A DNA stretch of 64,000 bases from the human T2T-CHM13v2.0 reference genome, Homo sapiens, in assembly GCF_009914755.1 (NCBI RefSeq), contig NC_060926.1; one strand, written 5' to 3'. Below are positions 55,863 through 64,000 of this stretch, piece after piece; positions within the stretch are counted from its first letter, which is position 1; each line of letters opens with the position of its first letter. Position numbers and translations under genes: made by a program. The notes below the pieces were generated by a model. It was given only the letters and a program-made list of their open reading frames with translations, was not told where the DNA came from and searched no databases.

Positions 55863-58800
55863 CTAGAAATGTTGAAAAGAAAAATATAAATGCTGGGTTC
55901 GCTAAGGCCTCAGGAAATCCAAGACCTTGTTGATTTTGAAACTCCAGAGTTATATAAAGGGTAGCAGATGTTAGGCTCAAAACAACAGTATTGACATCAA
56001 ACACTGTTATGATTATGCAAACAAGCATGGTCCTTAGTTGGAAACATTCTGAAATGGAAACTTCTTTGTAGCAAATACAAGTCTCCTTCACTGACTAATG
56101 AAGAATAGCCTCAGTGTTTAGAATAGCAGATGCTGCAAAAGCCCATCCATCCCCCTGAATGCTTTGCCAACTTGCTTCTCTGCTGGTTTCATCTGTAGTG
56201 TTTCGTCTGCAAGTAAATTAACATATGCCCTATTCAGCACTACATATCTGCGAATAGCCGGAAGTGACAGATTATGGAACCAAAAAATATTGCTATTGTA
56301 TTTTGTTTATCAATGAAATGTAGCCAGATAATGGAGTCTCCAGGTTGCCTGCTGCATGGTCATCAATAAATGGATTTGTCTCTGGGTACTATTTTGTCAG
56401 CCTCTTGCCTCTTAGAGAATCTCATGCTCACCCTATTCCTATTGCAAACAAGAATACACAAAAATACAAGAAAAGTTCAGTTCTTATGGTTTAGGGCACG
56501 TTGCAGTTTACCTTGCCCTAAATCTCCCCTGCTTTACTGGCACTGTGCTGCATACCCCTTATTTTTCTTTGGAACTTTTTAAGCACCTTGTTTTGTACAA
56601 TCAGTACTCTCTAGCTTTCTAAATTCAGTTAATGTAACAACAAGAGCAGCCAAACATTCACGAGAAAACTAAGTAAGCAGATGGACTGAAAGCACTACTG
56701 CAAGTCATGGCAACTACAGGGAGAAAAGTCATTTCCAAGACACTAAGGCTGCTCATCCCAAGAAACTACCACAGTGACTAGTCTACGAAACATCCACACT
56801 TACTGTCAGAGCATCCTTGAATTTCCACTAATTGCAAAGAGGCAGAAAACACATTATTTGTCATAGGTCGAAATCTGTATATGTTTTATGCAATGTACTT
56901 GAGTGGACTATGGTTTAAGAGAGCACATTTCCAACTAACTGGGAGTAAGCAAAATGCTATCTAAAGGGCTTGTATTAAAGGCCAAAACCAAATCATAATA
57001 TCAAGCATGTTTGCTCAAGAAGAGTCATTGGAACAGACTTGAAACATTGAGAAGATAATAAGCATGAAAGGGCCCATCTCCAACTGGCTCACTCTGTATT
57101 CATGACATTATTCTTGAAAGAATTGTATGTCCTTAGGGTGATGACCTTTCAGCTTCCAGCTTTGTGTCTAGAACTGCTGGTGCCCCTGATAACAGCTGTA
57201 ACCATCACTGCTCTTGGCCACCATAACTTGAAGCACTTGACCAGCATCCATCTTTCTTTTCTCAACTCAGCCACATCTCATCAAGTACTCTGACCATCCT
57301 CACTGCTACAAATTCAAAGTGCCTTGTAGAATGTAATAAGAAATGACCTCGATTTTTCCTAATGTAGTGGAAACTTGGGACAGTTCTCTCCAAAGAGGCA
57401 CTCTGTGCTGAATCCATGACGGAGTATCCCATCACCTGGGAAATAAACAATTGAACAGATAAACTTCTCTAACATTGAGCACAGACTTTCCTCAAGAAAT
57501 AGCTGCTAAAGAACAAATGTTTAAGATAAACTAAACTTCTGTGTGTAAAACTCAGGGTAGATTTTAAACTGTAGTTCATGTTAATCCTGGGGGATTATAG
57601 TATAGCCAGGGTTCTTCCTAGGACTTAATTTTCATATGTATCCTTCCTTGACCTATGGGAAAAATGGGAGTGAATAAAGATATAGTTCAGACACCTGAAC
57701 TTGGACACTGTTGTCTGTATTTACCTAGGAGGTTCCTAAATGCTTGTGATCAGTTTTTCACTGCACTAGATTTTCAAAGGCTTGTGAAAACCTCACCCTC
57801 AGCAATGGGTGTTAGTAAAACCAGGTCCTCAGTCACACCATAGTAAATAAGAACTCAGTGGGTAAAGCAGAGTGGGCCATTGAAAGGTACCACCCAGATT
57901 TGGGTCTCTGGTACAGTTCTGGGAGCTCTGAGTAAGTTCTTTAAAATACCTATGTTCTAGTAAAAGAGATTTCTTAAATAATATAAAATCTAGGCTGATA
58001 CGTAAGGGCAGTTCTAAAACATGCCCCTAACGTGCCTTGTAGGTATTAATGGTAACTATACTGATGAACTTTGAAGAGATGACTGGAAATAATCTATGGA
58101 AGCTATCCTACAAAGATAAGTACCCCAAACAACTGGTTTCATGTAGAGACTTGGGGCACTTTCAAATGGTCAGATCATTATAGTGGTTACCAGAAAGGGC
58201 TTTGGACCCAAGAAGGCTTTGCTGCCTGGAAGACTGTGCCCGGCCTTGCTTAACTTAATGCTTCTTATGGGAAGTTACTATGATTGCTCTTCCTGTCATG
58301 GGTGCATGGAAGGGGAAGGTCTGAGATCATCCCATAAGGGAGAGAACACACAATTCCCCAGGAGAACCCAGGCAAAGGGCAGGGGCAAGCTTGCTTCAGG
58401 AATACCAACCCATAGACTCTCTGCTACAGAAAATGGCACTCAGCTCTCTGATTCCAAATGAAAAGAGGGTGAATGAGGAAGAGGGAGGTTGAACACACAT
58501 GGAGAAAAGATGAGTAGATGGGTCACCAGAAATGGACAGTCTGAGATTCCCCGACTTCTGGAATTACAGGGAACTTGTGCACATTCCAGGCATGGTTGTG
58601 CAACAAGCCAAGTTCTGTGTCATACAATGGGGGTCTAATGATCGGGGTCTGCCTAGAAAGCATTGGTTCCACTGTTTACCCCCTGACCCCCTCCTCCTAT
58701 GGAAATGTGTGAAAGAAGAGTTAACAGACAGATTCTCAGTGGCCTAAAGGAAAAAGTTTAATTGCATTTTTATCTTAAAATATTCCACTTTAATTTCAAA

Positions 58801-59859
58801 GACATTTTGTTTTCCACCTGTCTCCTATCAGGCACCTCCATTTGTGAAGTAAATTAAAAAATAATTAATGGATCCAGCTAAAGGAAAAGAGGGGACTATT
58901 ATGAGAAGTCCAGATAAAATCTGAAACTTCTAAATTGGTGGTCTGATTCTCTCTTTTGAAACCTTCATTCTGGTGTTTCAAACAGGAACAGTGTCTGCTT
59001 TTGAAAAGTAAGCAGGTAAAATACTGCTGTGCTCTGGGTTTGTAATTCTGGAAAGCAAGAGAGGGGATGCACATTTCATATCCCACTGCAGAACTGAACT
59101 GTTTCTTCCCCTGTGGTCTTCCCAGATGCTAGAACCATGTAGGGTAGAAGGGATGGGAGGGGACAGAGGGACAGAGGGAGCAGCTAAGGATCAACAGGAA
59201 ATTTCACTTCAAAGTCTTAAGCTCCATCCCCAGGCCCACACATTCAACTTCTGCAAAAATGACTTTTATCATCTAGAGAACTGAGAATCCAATTTTATCA
59301 GCTCAACTGTAAACTCCGGTTGCAGGCACTCTGCATTCGGTATATTGACTGTACTAAAATGTCCTTGGATCTGAAGAGGATGATTAAATATAAATGAGAG
59401 CTTGTCAATGGGATGTTCCATAGGGAGATATTACTATCCCCCTGCAAAACAAAAGCCTCCTAATTTTCAGCAGTGTGAATGCCTTGCTCTGACAGATTTA
59501 TTAGCATTTTCAAATAGAACTTGGTTTCTTCCACACATAACAATCTCTTAGGATTCACCTTTGCATGTTCCTTGCTGCCCCTCAGATTAAACCTTCCCTT
59601 TGGGGCACCTCTGACCTTGTGCAGTCATAGATGTCTCCTGCTGGGCCCTGGTTCTGATGCTGTTTGGTTTACAGGACTCCTTGGTTCCTGATTAACTCTA
59701 TAATTCCAATTTGGCCCCAAAGGCTCTCAATTCACAAGCCAGTTCCTGAAATTACATCTACTACTCTTTCCAGGTGGATCTTAAGCTTTGGCCAACCCTA
59801 TGAACAGTTTCTGTCCCAAGGTGAGACTGGCTCCTGGTGGGCAGTGTTGGTGAGCATAC

Positions 59860-59990
59860 CTTGAATTCATAGGATTCTTCAATGATCACTTCCAACTTGG
59901 TGTGCTCTCCCAGGATGGGGCGCCCCATTTCTGCAATGCGCCTCTCCTCTTCCTCTTTGCTGGTCAGTGGCTGCTTGTCATCATATTCGT
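59860..59990 (-). CDS. SLC8A1: SLC8A1/NCX1 constitutive coding exon following the alternatively spliced cassette; encodes (D)EYDDKQPLTSKEEEERRIAEMGRPILGEHTKLEVIIEESYEFK (CBD2)
   Basis: Manual translation of the reverse complement matches NCX1. Acceptor ...ttccgtttcacag|AC, donor AAG|gtatgc. 131 nt, phase 1 to phase 0. Not in the ORF track. Confidence 0.97.
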
Positions 59991-62900
59991 CTGTGAAACG
60001 GAAGTATCAGAGAGTGAGCACTGTGTTCTGTTTAATTTGGAAATCCCTGGATCCTGCCATAAGAAAGCCAAGGAGGAAGGAAGCCCTAATGACCTACTAA
60101 AGCCCCCTGGGTGAGATCACGATGCTGGAGGGAAGAGCCAGACAGACACTTGGCATGTAAGGCAGCATATCACTGTGACAGCAAGTGATTATAACATCTC
60201 ACAATCTAAGCTCATGCAAAAGTTCAGTTGAGGAAAAGTAATGTATGGGGCATATCACTGAGAAAAGACTCTGCCTGTACATTGTCTATGGTAAGGGAGT
60301 CACGCAGCTATTCCCTGTGACGCTGGCTCAGTTGGCTGTTTGTACACATTCTTTCAGCACGTGACCAAAGGGAAACACAATTGAAAGTGCTAGAGTGACC
60401 CTCAGAGATGGCGGAGTCTGGCCTCTTCCTCTTCACTTTCTAGGGGCAACAGAAAATGCCTGAGGCCCAAAGAGATGGGGAACAGGAAATTCTGACTTTA
60501 GCCTCTCTCTTGCCAAGAGACCCTATTGCAAGTTAAACAGCAAAACATCCATTCCATATTTCTGTGAGACGCTTGGGCTCCAGTGCTGCTTCAGTCTGGT
60601 GCAAAGCCAAAATTTGTTAGGAAAACCTTGGCCATGTTAATCTTAAAGTAAACAGGGAGGGCGAGGGTGAGGCCTTTCGGGAGTTAAAATACTCACTCAC
60701 CATGTGAGCACAATTATTTCCAGAACTACCATGTAGCTTACAGTCCAGGAGAGGACGGTGGGTGCTGAGGAAATGTTAATGGATCCAAGAGCCCATTAAT
60801 GAGGGGAAGCTCACAGTTGGCTCTCTCTTTGTGAAGGTCATTAGGATAAATCCCAGACTGAAAAGGCCATGCATATAAGAAGGGCAAACACTGGTCCTAT
60901 AATTACCCTTATCCTTTAGGCCCAGAATGCTGAAACAAGACAAGCTACTTCTTCTCAGATTTAAGTGGAATGAACATTGTCTCCAATGAAACATTATCTG
61001 ATATGGAAAGACCTCAGCCCTGATGGCCTCATTTCTAGGACCTCTGGACAAAGTGCCTCCAACAGGGGGCTGTTGACTAAAAAGACATCCAATAAAAGGG
61101 ATGTTTGGTCCTGGCTTCCTGCCTGGTGCATTTAAATATTAGCTTCTGTAGAAGTCCATACCTCCCATTACCTCCAAAGACCCATGGCCTCCCCCCTGCT
61201 GAGGGACCATGCTATGGTGGCTCCATTGTTGCTTTGGCAGCTGTTGCAGGGAATGAATGGTTCCTAGGCTAGCTGCTCGTTGTGAGGGCAGGGAGTGAAT
61301 GAGCTAGAGGCACTGCCAGCATTTAATATTTCAAGGGTCAAAACCAACAAAAGGCAAAAGCAGAATGTAGCATATTGATTAATTCTTTAGTATACATTTT
61401 ATAGTGTCATCCTAAAAGCCCATTTTAAAATCTGCTTTCCTAGCCTCAGAGATTACAGGGCACCAAATAAATTAGTTGCAGACTAAAAATAAATGATTTT
61501 GGACTGGCCAGAAGCTGCTGAATGTTAGCAGAGGCAAAGGAGAGGGGCAAGGAGATTAATTTTAACTATAAAAGTGGCAATATTTTTTATAGTAGGATTG
61601 GGAAGTTATGACCCAAGGGAAGGCAAAGAGTTCTGGTTCTCCAAGATTTGTCCTTGCAAAATTATGTATGTCTAGTCAAGAGAGGTGGCTGAGATACATG
61701 AAGTGCAATTTATCCAGCACTGAAATTAATAATGTTGATTACCACTGCTTTGTGATCCTTGAACCCAGGATAATGTTATTAGTAGTTTTCATAGCAGTAG
61801 TTTATGCTAGCATCTTTGTTTGAAACTTTGGCTGAACATGGATGAGTTGAAGACTTACACAGAACAAGAATGGTTTTCTCAGAAGAAGGAATATTACAAC
61901 TTGGACATCTATTTAAACTGTGAAGCTATTGGGGGAGAATATTTATTATGGCCTTCTTTTTGTAGTTTACTTATAAATGACAAGCTGCTTTTAATGGGAC
62001 TCAAGTCAATCTACCTAGAAAAAATAGAGAAATTACAAAACAAAGCTGATGTGGTAGCATTGTTAAGTGCAGCATTTCATGAAATTAAACTGGTTTTGAT
62101 CATGGTATTAAATAACTGGACATGGAATAAGCAAATGAAGTCAAATCATACAATGAGTGAAAAGGTTCTTTCTTTTCCAAAAATCCTTCAGTCCTTCTGA
62201 TCAGGAAGAAATGCTTAATTCGGTGCTGTTAGGTCTGTAACTAGTTCCTAGTATCTCGACTTTTGTACCTTTTAAGATAGGTAGTCAAAATAGTTCTCAG
62301 GTGTAGAGCACTTGCCATCATCTAGCTAGAATTTAATAACTTTTTTCCATTGTAAAAATTTTTTAATTTTACTTTCTATTTGTGGCAAACGATACTAGTT
62401 TTCCTGTGTTAGTGACTTAAAGTTTTCTTTTAAAAACAAACTTAATAAAGTATAAACATGAGGCAATTTTAAAAATTACATTAAGTAAATAGTATAGTTG
62501 GTATGCAACCAAAGCAGTATGGGAATGACAAAAATTAAGAAATATAGTGTTAACTTATTTCATACTAACCTAAAAAACAGTAAGGCACACTGTTTCTATC
62601 ATTTGCTACACTCTTGCTTCAAAGGGACTTAGATTTCTTAATTCCACACTTTTATCCCTTTATGTATTCACCTGGACAAGCTTCACAATTTTCATTTTGT
62701 TAAATCTTATCTTTCAAAACCCCACCTCTTCTGGCAGGAAATAACTCCCTATTGATGAGTGAGAAGGTTTATGAACTACCACTCTAACCTTATATTAATT
62801 CCTTAATATTCGTTGTGTGTATAGACCATGGACATTTTCATAGACTGTTTTTAAATTTTTTAATTATCTTTACATATAAATATCCAGCACATAAACTCAC

Positions 62901-64000
62901 TGAGATAGAACAATAAGTTTCATTGTGCTTTGAACCATCCTTGTATCCTCTGGCACCTATTACAATATATGGAATATAGTAGGTGCTCAATAAGCATTTG
63001 CTGTGTGACTCTCCAACTCACTGTTAATAAAGCCTCTTAGTTGCTCAACCCATACAAAACGGATCATTTTTTCATTGAGCACATCTCATTGTACTCCATA
63101 CCATGTCAGCACTTCCTCCTCTACTTTCCAGGAACTTATGATGTAATGGGGACAGGAATAGACAATGGGCAACTTCTAGGCATGATAAGGACTAGGGGAC
63201 CAGGGTTGGGGAACAACTCAGTTGGCCTAAAGGGAGTCAGGGAAGGAAGCCTTCCTTTCCTGAAGGAAGCTTCAGGAAAGAGGAGCTATTTGAAGTTGGC
63301 CTTGAAGCACATATAGAAGATTGCCGCCCGGTGAAGGTGATGGTAAGGATAGATAGGAGGTGGTGGAATGCGGAAGTTCATTCCAGGCAGAGAGAAATCA
63401 AAGTACAATGGTACAGGGTCATGGAAGGGTCAGGGCAGTTTTGACTTAAGTATCATAAACTTTTATTTATATGTAACTGAGAAATGGCAGCTGTATAGAT
63501 TCTATTATTGCTCTACAGTTATACTGATAAATTCACATTTATGGTCTAGATTTTTGACTGGCAAAAATGAGAGCCAAGTCTAATTTTTAACAAAACTGTT
63601 TTCTGTCTTTAGATACTTTCTGTTGAATATGGAAATGGTTTAACAGCATTTTTAAAATTTTAATCATCTATTTTGTTTCCTTTTCTCTTGGAGCATTGGA
63701 TCAAAAGCAGATCATTTTACTATGGTTGAGGTCAGTTTCATTTCTTTACTTCTGCAGAGTGAGATAATATGCTGTGGTTTTAGTTTTCTCAGATGGAAAA
63801 TATACTCTTTCTCCTCTTGAGTGCACATGCACACTTTTAAAATTCACTATATTTTATTGAGAAGTTGGGAATAAATTACATAACATTATAGTCTTAACCA
63901 ATCCAAACAACTTAAAGATCAAATGCATAATTAACAGCCACTGTTAAAATCAATATTGACAGGACATAAAACAGTCCTGGAATAGAATCACCAGTGGGGG

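Noticed and set aside
61483-61492. MEF2-like sites (CTAAAAATAA here; others at 20119 and 27685)
   Set aside because: Frequent by chance in AT-rich DNA and not clustered with other muscle motifs.
59991-64000. NCX1 alternative cassette exons (A-F)
   Set aside because: I found no matching coding sequence, so they presumably lie beyond the window end.

Overview
Human (primate) genomic DNA containing the 3' end of SLC8A1 (NCX1, Na+/Ca2+ exchanger 1) on the minus strand. The last four coding exons can be read with GT-AG boundaries and matching phases: 59990-59860 (131 nt), 55862-55763 (100 nt), 34680-34405 (276 nt) and 10634-10258 (377 nt including TAA). The ORF track misses the first two. They encode the end of Ca2+-binding domain 2, the palmitoylated Cys/amphipathic helix, the alpha-2 repeat and the C-terminal TM helices (...EAYCHIKGF*). 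The 3'UTR runs about 3 kb to AATAAA signals near 7.2-7.3 kb and may extend to the window start. The rest is intron with Alu, L1, L2, MIR, MLT1 and hAT MITE relics and microsatellites. I found no convincing novel gene or system, and the other short ORFs look spurious. The best testable hypotheses are: intronic polyadenylation just after the 276-nt exon, stop-free in-frame circRNAs from phase-symmetric exons, a very young 5'-truncated AluYa5, an antisense splice donor overlapping a miR-214 site, a 64-nt Z-DNA tract beside a locally duplicated 45-mer, and an Alu-derived four-tetrad G-quadruplex.
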